64,000 bases of DNA from Acidimicrobiaceae bacterium (GTDB taxonomy: Bacteria; Actinomycetota; Acidimicrobiia; Acidimicrobiales; Bog-793). Each line of letters begins with the position of its first letter. Positions within the stretch are counted from its first letter, which is position 1. Of this stretch, positions 49,013 through 58,039 are shown piece after piece. Below the pieces are notes generated by a model that was not told where the DNA came from, made no database searches, and worked only from the letters and a program-made list of their open reading frames with translations. The DNA lies in the NCBI GenBank assembly GCA_027306925.1, contig DAHUXW010000089.1:1773-65772 (forward strand), in the 5' to 3' direction. The position numbers were made by a program, and so were the translations under genes.

Positions 49013-49590
49013 CGGGCCTCGCGCTCCTGGCGCGCCCCCGACAGCGGCGCGCCGGCCAGGGACTCGAGGTCGGACGCGGACCACGCGGCCGCCTGTTGGT
49101 TGGCGCTGCGCATCGCGAGCCAGACCTCCTCGCGGTACACGCGCACGTCGTCCGGCGCCGCGATGCCGATCTTCACCTCGGACCCCGAAACCGAGAAGAC
49201 CGACACGCCGACCGCGCTTCGCATCTCGGCGATGCGCGCACTCAGCACGACGCGCCCCTGGTCGATCGAGGAGACCTCGAGCTCGATCCCGTCGAACGCG
49301 ATGTGCTCGCCGAGGGCGGGGTTCAACAGGAGCACCGCGTCGTCTCCCTCGGCCGGGTCGCCCGTGCGCACGGTCGTCGTCCCGTCGGCGCGGTGGATCT
49401 CCACCGGGTGACGCACCCCCACGCACGCGCGCTCCGCGGTGACCGCGAGCGGTGCGACGACGACCGGGACCGGGACCGACGGAGCCGCGAACGAGAGCCA
49501 CGCGTGGTGGTCCACGACGTCGACGAGCGTGACGACGAGCCCGCCGTCGAACACGATCGCCTCCTGGGCACGCCTGCGCAGGACCAGCAC
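49009..49590 (-). CDS. CsrA-like protein with internal duplication (about 193 aa; candidate single-chain pseudo-dimeric CsrA)
   Basis: GTG at 49590 preceded by GGGGAGGGA. VLVLRRRAQEAIVFDGG compares with Bacillus CsrA MLVLSRKINEAIQIG (recalled from memory). A second unit reads VLLLNPALGEHIAFDGI...KIGIAAPDDVRVYREEVW, followed by the tail NQQAAAWSASDLESL. The stop codon overlaps the fliW stop (CTAG). Confidence 0.65.
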   Translation of the reverse strand: MLVLRRRAQEAIVFDGGLVVTLVDVVDHHAWLSFAAPSVPVPVVVAPLAVTAERACVGVRHPVEIHRADGTTTVRTGDPAEGDDAVLLLNPALGEHIAFDGIELEVSSIDQGRVVLSARIAEMRSAVGVSVFSVSGSEVKIGIAAPDDVRVYREEVWLAMRSANQQAAAWSASDLESLAGAPLSGARQEREAR

Positions 49591-49702
49591 GCCCCGTCCC
49601 TCCCCGCTTCGTCGGTGGCAGTCGGCGCGCATCCTACCGGAGCGCGGGGCGTGGGCCGCGGCTCACGTGCGCCGGAGCGCACGCGACACCACCGATCGGG
49701 GC

Positions 49703-49987
49703 TCAGGAGGTGGGCGGTGCTTCGTCCGTTCCACCGCCTCCGGACCAGAACGCCTGGCGTGCAGCGATCGACTCGGTGACCCGGCGCTCGATCTCCTTCT
49801 GGCGAGCCTCGCGCGCGTAGGTGTCGACCGTGCGCTCGACGATCGCCCCGACCGCCCAGCACACGAGCAGCCCGAGGCTCAGGCGGACGAGCGCGGTCGC
49901 GACGGTGATGCCGCCGTTGAACGCCTCGGCGATCGAGGGCAGCGATACGACTATGGCCGCGACGACGACGATCTCGATGCGCTTCAC
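49703..49987 (-). CDS. Small membrane protein (94 aa, two TM segments) downstream of the flhF-like gene
   Basis: GTG at 49987 within ORF 49703..50275. Product VKRIEIVVVAAIVVSLPSIAEAF...LSLGLLVCWAVGAIV, then a charged C-terminus. Confidence 0.45.
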   Translation of the reverse strand: MKRIEIVVVAAIVVSLPSIAEAFNGGITVATALVRLSLGLLVCWAVGAIVERTVDTYAREARQKEIERRVTESIAARQAFWSGGGGTDEAPPTS

Positions 49988-50001
49988 CCCGGGCACGGCG
50001 C

Positions 50002-51279
50002 TCAGCGCTCCCCCGGCACGTCCGGTGCGTGCCGCGTCGCGAGCAGCTCGCTCCACCGTCGAGCGGTCGCGGGGGCATCCCCGATCCGTGCGACGGGAAC
50101 GCCCGCCCGCACGACCGCGGCAGGGGTGACAGTCGCATCGAGGTCGTCGACGACGAGCGCGTCGAGCCCGCCGGCGCTCGCGGCGAAGCACGCGACGTCC
50201 TCGGGCTTCGCGGCCGCGCTCACGACCGCCCACGCCGCCGTGGGGCGCAGGGCGTGCAGGACGGTCCGGCACCACCGGGCCGACGCGCGGTCCGTGCCGG
50301 TGCCCACCGCGACGACGGCGACCCCGTCACGTCGCCATCCGGGCGAGAGCGCGGCCGCTGTGCGTGCGTCGGTGGCGATCAGGTGGGTCGGGACCGCGAA
50401 GCCGGGGCGGTCCGCCGCTACGACCGCGATCTCGGCGTCGTCGAGACCGAGGTCGTCGATGATCGTGCTCGCGATCTCGAGCGCGCGCCCGAGCTCCCCG
50501 ACGACGGCGATCAGCGCGCCGGCCACGTCGGGCAGCGGGCTGGCGGCAGGCAGGAGCGCGCAGGCCGCGTCGATCGCGGCGAGCGGCGCGAGCCGGCCGG
50601 GGACCCGGTCGACGAGCTCGCGTGGGAACCCGAGCCCGTCGAGCGTCTCGCGCGCGGCGCGGGGCGCACCAACGGCGTTCGGCGGGCCGGGCGCGGAGAA
50701 GTCGCGCTCGCCGGCCGGCGCCTCGCCGGCCTCGCCCGCCGCGAGGCGTCGGAGCTCTCCGAGCGGGTCGTCGAAGCGCCCGACGGCGGACCGCTCGCGC
50801 CGTGCGGCCGCCTCGCGGGCCGCGCCCGGCGCCTCGTGACCAGCGGTCTCGCGCTCGACCACCTCGGTCGCGAGCGCGCCCGCGGTCGCGAGGCCGGCGA
50901 TCCCCGACGCGGCGAACGTGGCCGGATCGTCGCCGAGGGCGCTCGCGACACCGTCGAGCACCTCGTCGAACGAGCGCCGGGGCGGGCCGTCGACCTCGAA
51001 CACGTCCTCCGTCGACTCGACCAGGCGCTCGAGGGCGCTCGCGGTGGTCACCGGCGCCTGGGTCGCGGCGCGCGCCGTGGAGCGCGACGCGGGCGGTTCG
51101 GGCACGGCCGGTAGGACCTCGATGCGGTAGTGGAGCTTCTGGAAGAAGCCGAAGAGCCCGCCTTTGCGCACGCACGCGGGCTCGCTGATCCGCACGCCCG
51201 TGCCGTGCACGCTCCAGGCGTCGATCAGGAGCTTCTCGGGGTCGGGGCCCTCAAATACCAGCGGTAGCGTTGACACCAC
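50002..51279 (-). CDS. flhF: FlhF-like protein with degenerate GTPase motifs
   Basis: Sits immediately downstream of flhA with a 29-nt overlap. The N-terminal VRKGGLFGFFQK is FlhF-like. The NG-like region is collinear with FlhF, but the P-loop position reads IAVVGELGRALE, the DTAGR position reads AVGTGTD, and the TKLD position reads VDDLD. Confidence 0.6.
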   Translation of the reverse strand: MVSTLPLVFEGPDPEKLLIDAWSVHGTGVRISEPACVRKGGLFGFFQKLHYRIEVLPAVPEPPASRSTARAATQAPVTTASALERLVESTEDVFEVDGPPRRSFDEVLDGVASALGDDPATFAASGIAGLATAGALATEVVERETAGHEAPGAAREAAARRERSAVGRFDDPLGELRRLAAGEAGEAPAGERDFSAPGPPNAVGAPRAARETLDGLGFPRELVDRVPGRLAPLAAIDAACALLPAASPLPDVAGALIAVVGELGRALEIASTIIDDLGLDDAEIAVVAADRPGFAVPTHLIATDARTAAALSPGWRRDGVAVVAVGTGTDRASARWCRTVLHALRPTAAWAVVSAAAKPEDVACFAASAGGLDALVVDDLDATVTPAAVVRAGVPVARIGDAPATARRWSELLATRHAPDVPGER

Positions 51280-53323
51280 TCACCACTCCTATCCGTTCCA
51301 GCTGGACCTGCCGGCCGATCTCGCTCACCGACATGACCGCGAGCCGCGGGATCGCGGCCGCGAAGAGGTGCGCGAGCGCCGGGCGCAGCGCCGAGCCCAC
51401 GACGAGCACGGGCTCGCGTCCGGCGCGGCTGCCTGCGTCGTAGAGGGAGCGCACCTCGCCGACGAGCTGCTCGGTGACCTGGGGCTCGATGCCGAGCACG
51501 GTGCCCTGGTCGGTCACGCGGATGCTGTAGAGGAGGACCTGCTCGAACGCGGCGTCGACCGTCATCGCGGCGAGCTTGCCGTTGCGAGAGTGCGACGCGG
51601 TGATGAGCGGTCCGAGCGCGGTCCGCGCGGCCTCGACCAGCGACTCGTGGCTCTTGTTCGGCTGCCGGGAGCGGGCGGTCACGGCCTCGACGATCCGGAC
51701 GAAGTCGACGATCGGAACGCCCTCGTCCAGGAGCGACGCGAGGACGCGGTGGAGCTCGACGAGGGAGACCTGGGCGAGCTTCAGCTCCTCGACGGCCGCC
51801 GGGTCCGTGGCCTTCGCGGCGTCGAGGAGGATCTGGACCTGCTGGACCGAGAGGAGGTCCGCGGCGTGCCGGGTCACGACCTCCGCGAGGTGGGTGATGA
51901 TCGCGGACGACGGGTCGATCGGCGTGATGCCCGCGACCGCGATCGCCTGCTCGCGGGTCTCTGCGGGGATCCACTTCGCGGGGAGGCCGAACGCGGGCTC
52001 GGTCGTCGAGATCCCGGTAAGGAGGTCGATTCCCGGGCCGATCGCGAGCATCCGAGCCGGGTGGGCCTCGCCCCGAGCGACCTCGACGCCGTTCACACGG
52101 ATCGCGTAGCTGTTCGGCGGCAGGTTGATGTTGTCGTGCGTCCGCACTGTCGGGATCGCGAAGCCACGCTCGAGTGCGACCTTGCGTCTCAGGCCGCGCA
52201 CGCGCTCGAGGAGGTCGCCGCCGTGCGCGGCGTCCGCGAGCGGCGTGACGTTCGCCGCGAGCTCGAGCTCGAGGCGCTCCGCGCGCATCTCGCTCGCGAG
52301 CGCTTGCGGAGTGTCGAGCACGGGCGGGGCGACCGAGTCGAGCTCTGCGCGTGCCGCGTCGCTCGCGCGTGTCTCGGCCGCGCGGCGTGTGCGCGTGGAG
52401 AGCAGGACGAGCAGGCCACCGATGACGAAGAAGGGAAGGTGCGGGAGGCCGGGCACGAGTGCGAGGAGCATCATCGCGGCGCCCGCGATCTGCAGGGCGC
52501 GCGGCTGAGCGCGGAACTGGTCGACGATGTCGTTGCCGAAGTCCGAGTCGTCTCCGGTGCTCCCGCGGGTCACGATGAGCCCGGTTGAGATCGAGAGCAG
52601 GAGCGCCGGGATCTGCGACACGAGCCCGTCTCCGATCGAGAGGATCGAGTAGGTGTGGATCGCCTGGGACATCGACAGGTGGTGGCCGATCACGCCGATG
52701 AGGAAGCCCCCGAACAGATTGATCACCGTGATGATGAGCGCGGCGATCGCGTCGCCGCGGACGAACTTGCTCGCGCCGTCCATGTTCCCGTAGAACTCGG
52801 ACGTCTCGTCGATCTCCTTGCGCCGCCGTCGCGCCTCGGCCTCGTCGATCAGCCCGGAGTTCAGCTCGCCGTCGATCGCGAGCATCTTCGGTCCCATCGC
52901 GTCGAGCGAGAAGCGCGCGGAGACCTCCGACACGCGGCCCGCGCCGCTCGTCACGACGACGAACTGGATGATGATGAGGATCAGGAAGACGACGATCCCG
53001 ACGACGATCTGGCCGCCGATCACGAAGCTCCCGAAGCTCTGCACGACCGCCCCCGCGTAGCCGTGGAGCAGGACGAGCCGGGTGACGCTCACGTTGATCG
53101 CGAGCCGGAACATCGTCGCGATGAGGAGCAGCGACGGGAAGCCGGAGAAGTCGCGCGCCTTGTCGACGTGCATCGTCATGAGCAGCACGATGAGCGCGGC
53201 GGAGATGTTCACGGTGATGAGCAGGTCGAGCAGGAACGACGGCAGCGGCACCACGAGCATCACGATGATGACGATGACCGCCGCGGGGACCCCGAAGAGG
53301 CCGATCTTCTGACCGGTCTTCAC
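51251..53323 (-). CDS. flhA: Flagellar type III export apparatus protein FlhA
   Basis: 690 aa. Has FPSLLLIATMFRLAINVSVTRLVL, FVVVTSGAGRVSEVSARFSLDAMGPKMLAIDGELNSG and FYGNMDGASKFVRGDAIA. Confidence 0.95.
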   Translation of the reverse strand: MKTGQKIGLFGVPAAVIVIIVMLVVPLPSFLLDLLITVNISAALIVLLMTMHVDKARDFSGFPSLLLIATMFRLAINVSVTRLVLLHGYAGAVVQSFGSFVIGGQIVVGIVVFLILIIIQFVVVTSGAGRVSEVSARFSLDAMGPKMLAIDGELNSGLIDEAEARRRRKEIDETSEFYGNMDGASKFVRGDAIAALIITVINLFGGFLIGVIGHHLSMSQAIHTYSILSIGDGLVSQIPALLLSISTGLIVTRGSTGDDSDFGNDIVDQFRAQPRALQIAGAAMMLLALVPGLPHLPFFVIGGLLVLLSTRTRRAAETRASDAARAELDSVAPPVLDTPQALASEMRAERLELELAANVTPLADAAHGGDLLERVRGLRRKVALERGFAIPTVRTHDNINLPPNSYAIRVNGVEVARGEAHPARMLAIGPGIDLLTGISTTEPAFGLPAKWIPAETREQAIAVAGITPIDPSSAIITHLAEVVTRHAADLLSVQQVQILLDAAKATDPAAVEELKLAQVSLVELHRVLASLLDEGVPIVDFVRIVEAVTARSRQPNKSHESLVEAARTALGPLITASHSRNGKLAAMTVDAAFEQVLLYSIRVTDQGTVLGIEPQVTEQLVGEVRSLYDAGSRAGREPVLVVGSALRPALAHLFAAAIPRLAVMSVSEIGRQVQLERIGVVSGVNATAGI

Positions 53324-53389
53324 GGGCGACTCCCGAGGGTTCGCGCGAGCGAGCGCGCCACGGACCGACTCGTGCTGTGCACGGCGGGG

Positions 53390-53418
53390 CTAACGGCGGG
53401 TGGGACGGCCGAGTTGAG
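53390..53418 (-). promoter_or_regulatory. Sigma-28-like promoter candidate (minus strand): CTCAAC-N15-GCCGTTAG
   Basis: Intergenic, about 65 nt upstream of the flhA GTG, in the correct orientation. Same architecture as the plus-strand sites. Confidence 0.55.
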
Positions 53419-53449
53419 CGGCGCCGGGACCCGCCCGGCGGGTCCCGAG

Positions 53450-54844
53450 CTAGCGCCGGCAGAACGCCATGACACGGTCGGCCATGTAGTCGAGCTGCCG
53501 TTCCGACATCCCCGGGTAGAGGCCGATCCACAGCGAACGCTCCATGAGCCGGTCGGTCGCAGCGAGGTCGCCCACGACGCGGTAGCCCTCGCCTGACGCG
53601 CGCATCTCGTCGAAGCACGGGTGCCTGAGCAGGTTGCCGGCGAAGAGCGCACGCGTCTGCACCCGCTCGGACTCGAGCCAGCGCGCGAGGTCCGTGCGCT
53701 CGAAGGGTGCGTCGTCGCGAACCTGGAGGAGGAAGCCGAACCAGCTCGGGTCCGCGCGCTCGGTCGCCACCGGGAGGTCGAGCACGTCGGCGACCGGCTC
53801 GAGCGCGTCGCGCAGGTACGCGAAGTTCGCGCGGCGGGCCGCGCCGAACGCCTCGAGCTTGTCGAGCTGCGCGACCCCGATGGACGCCTGGAGGTCGGTC
53901 ATCTTCAGGTTGTAGCCGAAGTGCGAGTACGTGTACTTGTGGTCGTAGCCGCAGGGGAGCGTGCCGAACTGCTGGTCGAAGCGCTTGCCGCACGTGTTGT
54001 CCCGTCCGGAGCGGCAGTAGCAGTCGCGGCCCCAGTCGCGGAGCGAGGCGACGATGGCGTCGAGCTCGTCGTCCGAGGTGAACACGGCTCCGCCCTCGCC
54101 CGTCGTCATGTGGTGCGCGGGGTAGAAGCTGCTCGTCGCGACGTGGCCGAACGTGCCCGTCGGGCGGGTGGAGCGCTCGAGGATGGAGGTGTAGCGCGAG
54201 CCGAGCGCGTCGCAGTTGTCCTCGAGGAGCCAGAGGTCGTGGCGTCTACAGAAGCCGAGCACGGCGTCGACGTCGAACGGGTTGCCGAGCGTGTGCGCGA
54301 GCGAGACGGCTCGGGTCTTCGGGCTGAGTGCTGCCTCGAGCTGGCGGACGTCGACGTTTGCGGTCGTCGGGTCGACGTCGACGAACACCGGGGCCGCACC
54401 GTGCTGGACGATCGGCGCGACAGTGGTCGGGAAGCCCGCCGCCACCGTGATCACCTCGTCGCCGCGACGGATGCGGCGCTCGCCGAGCCGCGGCGAGGTG
54501 AGCGCGGCGAACGCCACGAGGTTCGCGGACGATCCCGAGTTCACGAGCCGGCAGGAGGACACGCCGAGGGTGGCGGCGAGGCGGGCCTCGAGAGCCGCCG
54601 CGTGGCGGCCCTCGGTGAGCCAGAACTCGAGCGACGCATCGACGAGGTTGCGCACCTCGGCGTCGTCGTAGACGCGCCCGGCGAAGCGCACCGGTGTGCG
54701 GCCCGGGACGAACGGCAGGCGCTCGGCGTCGGCAGCTGCGACGTAGCGGGTGACGAGCGCGAGGATCTGCTCGCGAAGCTCGCGCGCGGTGGGTCGCGCG
54801 CCGACTCCGTCGCCGGCCCCGATGAGGATCTCGGTGGTCGTCAC
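53450..54844 (-). CDS. ddhC: CDP-4-keto-6-deoxy-D-glucose-3-dehydrase (E1; RfbH/DdhC-like, DegT family)
   Basis: GTG at 54844 (GTGA overlap). FYPAHHMTTGEGG has His in place of the PLP lysine, which is the E1 hallmark. The Cys cluster DWGRDCYCRSGRDNTCGKRF is also present. Confidence 0.8.
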   Translation of the reverse strand: MTTTEILIGAGDGVGARPTARELREQILALVTRYVAAADAERLPFVPGRTPVRFAGRVYDDAEVRNLVDASLEFWLTEGRHAAALEARLAATLGVSSCRLVNSGSSANLVAFAALTSPRLGERRIRRGDEVITVAAGFPTTVAPIVQHGAAPVFVDVDPTTANVDVRQLEAALSPKTRAVSLAHTLGNPFDVDAVLGFCRRHDLWLLEDNCDALGSRYTSILERSTRPTGTFGHVATSSFYPAHHMTTGEGGAVFTSDDELDAIVASLRDWGRDCYCRSGRDNTCGKRFDQQFGTLPCGYDHKYTYSHFGYNLKMTDLQASIGVAQLDKLEAFGAARRANFAYLRDALEPVADVLDLPVATERADPSWFGFLLQVRDDAPFERTDLARWLESERVQTRALFAGNLLRHPCFDEMRASGEGYRVVGDLAATDRLMERSLWIGLYPGMSERQLDYMADRVMAFCRR

Positions 54845-55977
54845 GTGAGCGACCCGGCGCGCGCACGACCGGCGTGCGCGAGGACGCCGGGGTCGAGGTA
54901 GCAGTCGATCTGCCGCTCGAGCGCCCGCGCCGCGCAAAAGCCTGTCGCGCGCCGTGCCGCGTGGTACCATTCGACCGTCCAGCGCACTGCGTCGGTCAGG
55001 TCGAGACGCGGCGTCCAGCCGAGACGGGCTTGCGCCTTCGTGCTGTCGAGGGTGAGAACAGCCCGCTCCGGCGCGCGGTTCCCGACCGGCAGGCGGAGCT
55101 CGACGAGACCGCCCCCGCCGAGCTCGCTCCACGACGCCTCGACGAGTGCGACGAGCTGGCCGACCGTCGCGACGCTGCGCGGGTCCGGGCCGAAGTTCCA
55201 GGCCTCGGCGGCCGCGTGCGACTCATCGGCGAGATGGGCGCCGAGCAGGAGGTAGCCGGCGACGACGTCGAGCACGTGCTGCCAGGGGCGCACTGCGTCG
55301 GGTCGGCGGAGATCGAGCGGCATGCCGGTGTCGAGCGCGCGCACGCAGTCCGGGACGATCCGTCCGGGCGCGAAGTCGCCGCCGCCGACGATGTTGCCGG
55401 CCCGTGCGGTCGCGAGCGCGGGACCGCCGCCGAAGAACGACGCGCGGTACGCGTGGGCGACGAGCTCTGCCGCGCCCTTGCTCGCGCTGTAGGGGTCGTC
55501 GCCGCCGAGGTGGTCGGCCTCGAGGTGCGCGCCGTCGCGCGTCGCGTAGCACTTGTCGCTCGTCACGACGACGCAGCTCGCGACGGACCCGACGCGCCGG
55601 ACGGCGTCGAGGACGTGGACCGTGCCCATGACGTTCGTGTCGAAGGTGGCGACCGGGTCGGAGTAAGAGGGGAGCACCAGGGCCTGTGCGGCGAGGTGGA
55701 AGACGACCTCCGGCTGGACGCGGCGGATGACGTCTGCGACCCGGGCCGCGTCGCGCACGTCGGCGATCTCCTCGCGCGCGTACTCGCACAGCTCGCCCGG
55801 CGCGAGCGGACCGGGCCCCGCCGCGAGCGACAGCCCCGTGACGTCGGCTCCGCAGCGGGCGAGCCAGACGCAGAGCCACGTCCCCACGAAGCCGTTGTGG
55901 CCGGTCACGAGGACGCGCTTGTCGCGATAGGCGCCGGCGAACAGGTCCTCGTAGGCGCGTGCCGTCGATGCGGTCAC
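54841..55977 (-). CDS. ddhB: CDP-glucose 4,6-dehydratase (RfbG/DdhB-like)
   Basis: GTG at 55977 (GTGA overlap). Has VLVTGHNGFVGTWL, PYSASKGAAEL and RAGNIVGGGD. Confidence 0.8.
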   Translation of the reverse strand: MTASTARAYEDLFAGAYRDKRVLVTGHNGFVGTWLCVWLARCGADVTGLSLAAGPGPLAPGELCEYAREEIADVRDAARVADVIRRVQPEVVFHLAAQALVLPSYSDPVATFDTNVMGTVHVLDAVRRVGSVASCVVVTSDKCYATRDGAHLEADHLGGDDPYSASKGAAELVAHAYRASFFGGGPALATARAGNIVGGGDFAPGRIVPDCVRALDTGMPLDLRRPDAVRPWQHVLDVVAGYLLLGAHLADESHAAAEAWNFGPDPRSVATVGQLVALVEASWSELGGGGLVELRLPVGNRAPERAVLTLDSTKAQARLGWTPRLDLTDAVRWTVEWYHAARRATGFCAARALERQIDCYLDPGVLAHAGRARAGSLT

Positions 55978-56744
55978 TCCCAGACCTTCCACGGCGCGCG
56001 GCCCGAGGCCCACAGCTCCTCGAGCGCGGTGCGGTCTCGGAGCGTGTCCATGGCGTGCCAGAAGCCGTGGTGCTGGTACGCGGAGAGCTGGCCTTCGGCC
56101 GTGAGGCGCTCGAGCGGCTCGCGCTCCCAGGCGGTGAGCTCGTCGTCCACGTACCCGAGGACGTCGGGCGACAGGACGAAGAACCCGCCGTTGATCCACG
56201 CATCGCCGCCGGACGGCTTCTCCTTGAACCGAGCCACCATGTCCCCGGCGAGCTCGAGCGCGCCGAAGCGGCCGGGTGGCAGGATCGCCGTGACCGTCGC
56301 CAGGCGACCCTGCGCGAAGTGGAAATCGACGACCTTGCGCACGTCGACGTCCCCGACCGAGTCGCCGTAGGTCATCGCGAAGTGGTCGTCCTCGATGTAG
56401 CGCGCGACCTTTGCGAGGCGCCCGCCCGTCTGGGTCGCGTCGCCGGTGTCAACGAGCGTGACGGTCCACGGCTCGACGTCGTGGCGGTGGATCTCCACCG
56501 AGCCGGTCTTCAGGTCGAAGCTGACGTCGGAGTTGTGGAGCACGTAGTTCGAGAAGTACTCCTTGATCGCATAGCCCCGATAGCCGCAGCAGACGACGAA
56601 GTCGTTGAAGCCCGCCGCGGAGTAGATCTTCATGATGTGCCAGAGGATCGGGCGGCCCCCGATCTCGACCATCGGCTTCGGCTTCGTGTGGGTCTCCTCC
56701 GACAGCCGGGTCCCGAGACCGCCGGCGAGGATGACGACTTTCAT
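55974..56744 (-). CDS. ddhA: Glucose-1-phosphate cytidylyltransferase (RfbF/DdhA-like)
   Basis: ATG at 56744. Has MKVVILAGGLGTRLSEETHTKPKPMVEIGGRPILWHIMKIYS and WINGGFFVL. Confidence 0.85.
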   Translation of the reverse strand: MKVVILAGGLGTRLSEETHTKPKPMVEIGGRPILWHIMKIYSAAGFNDFVVCCGYRGYAIKEYFSNYVLHNSDVSFDLKTGSVEIHRHDVEPWTVTLVDTGDATQTGGRLAKVARYIEDDHFAMTYGDSVGDVDVRKVVDFHFAQGRLATVTAILPPGRFGALELAGDMVARFKEKPSGGDAWINGGFFVLSPDVLGYVDDELTAWEREPLERLTAEGQLSAYQHHGFWHAMDTLRDRTALEELWASGRAPWKVWE

Positions 56745-56820
56745 CGGCGTGGCGCTCCTCCCGTGCGGGCACGCGGCGCGTTCGCGTGCACCAGTCGCGA
56801 CCCGCGGGTCGTCGCTGGTC

Positions 56821-56849
56821 GTAACGGCGCGGGACGCGCGGACGTTGAG
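56821..56849 (-). promoter_or_regulatory. Sigma-28-like promoter candidate (minus strand): CTCAAC-N15-GCCGTTAC
   Basis: About 75 nt upstream of the ddhA ATG. Nearly identical to the flhA site (CTCAAC-N15-GCCGTTAG). Confidence 0.55.
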
Positions 56850-56923
56850 CGGTGGCCGCCGCGGCGGGCGACGTGCTCGGTAGGATGCCCGCCGACGCAA
56901 GCCGGACCCCGGAAGGCCCGCGA

Positions 56924-57988
56924 ATGGACCGCACGAGATCGATCATCGACTCCGACCTCGAGCGCATCGCGCGTGACCCGGTGCCGTGGGACCGCCTCGA
57001 AGGCGCGATCGTGCTCGTCACCGGTGCGACCGGTCTCGTCGGCTCGTACCTCGTCGAGGCGCTCGTCGCGCGCCGGGCGCCCGCGCACCGGCGCACGAAG
57101 GTGGTCGTGCTCGCGCGCTCGCCGTCGCGGGCGGCGGCGCGCTTCGCACACCTGGACGCGAGGCACGTCCGGGTCGTCGAGCACCGGCTCGACGCACCGC
57201 TCGCGCTCGAGGGGCGCGCGGACTACGTCGTGCACGCAGGCGCGCCCGCACAGCCGACGGCGTTCGCCGCGGACCCGGTCGGCACCTACGTCCCGAACGT
57301 CGTCGGGACCCACCACCTTCTCGAGTGGGCCGCCGACCGGGGCGTGGCGCGGTTCGCATTCGTGAGCAGCGGCGCGGCAAACGGCGCCGTCCCGCTCGAG
57401 CGCGGGCCGTACGACGAGGACGTCTACGGGCCGCTCGACCCCCTCGACCCGTACGCCTGCTACGCGGAGTCGAAGCGGATGGGGGAGGCGGCGTGCATGG
57501 CCTGGCACCGCCAGACCGGCCTCGAGACCGTCGTCGCGCGGCTGGGCCACACGTACGGCCCGGGCCTCGCCCGCTCCGACGCGCGCTCGTTCGCGGAGTT
57601 CGTGTACTGCGCAGTCGACGGCAGGGACATCGTGCTGCGGACCGCGGGGGAGGCGAGACGGCCGTTCTGCTACCTCACCGACGCCGTGACCGGGTTGCTC
57701 ACGACGCTCGTCGCCGGTGCCGCGGGCCGCGCGTACTTCGTCGTGAACGACGCCGCAGCGTGCTCGATCCTCGAGCTCGCGCAGCTCGTCGCCCGGCTGT
57801 CCCCAGCGCCCGGAATCTCCGTGCGCACGCTCGACGCGCCGCCGGGAGGTGCGCGGGGAGTCCACCCCGCCGGGGACCGCGAGCTCGCGATGCCCGTGGC
57901 GGCGCGTCTGCGCGCGCTCGGATGGGCTCCGCACGTCGGGCTCGCCGAAGGCTTCGCTCGCACCGTCGCCGCACACCTCGGCGGCTGA
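56924..57988 (+). CDS. NAD-dependent epimerase/dehydratase family (SDR) protein
   Basis: VLVTGATGLVGSYL Rossmann motif and YAESKRMGE (YxxxK). Start ATG 56924 is preceded by GGAAGG. Alternatives are 56885 and 56852. Confidence 0.75.
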   Translation: MDRTRSIIDSDLERIARDPVPWDRLEGAIVLVTGATGLVGSYLVEALVARRAPAHRRTKVVVLARSPSRAAARFAHLDARHVRVVEHRLDAPLALEGRADYVVHAGAPAQPTAFAADPVGTYVPNVVGTHHLLEWAADRGVARFAFVSSGAANGAVPLERGPYDEDVYGPLDPLDPYACYAESKRMGEAACMAWHRQTGLETVVARLGHTYGPGLARSDARSFAEFVYCAVDGRDIVLRTAGEARRPFCYLTDAVTGLLTTLVAGAAGRAYFVVNDAAACSILELAQLVARLSPAPGISVRTLDAPPGGARGVHPAGDRELAMPVAARLRALGWAPHVGLAEGFARTVAAHLGG

Positions 57989-58039
57989 CCCCAGACTCCG
58001 GCGGTTCCCGGGCGAGGCCGCGCGCATCGACGCCGCGTC

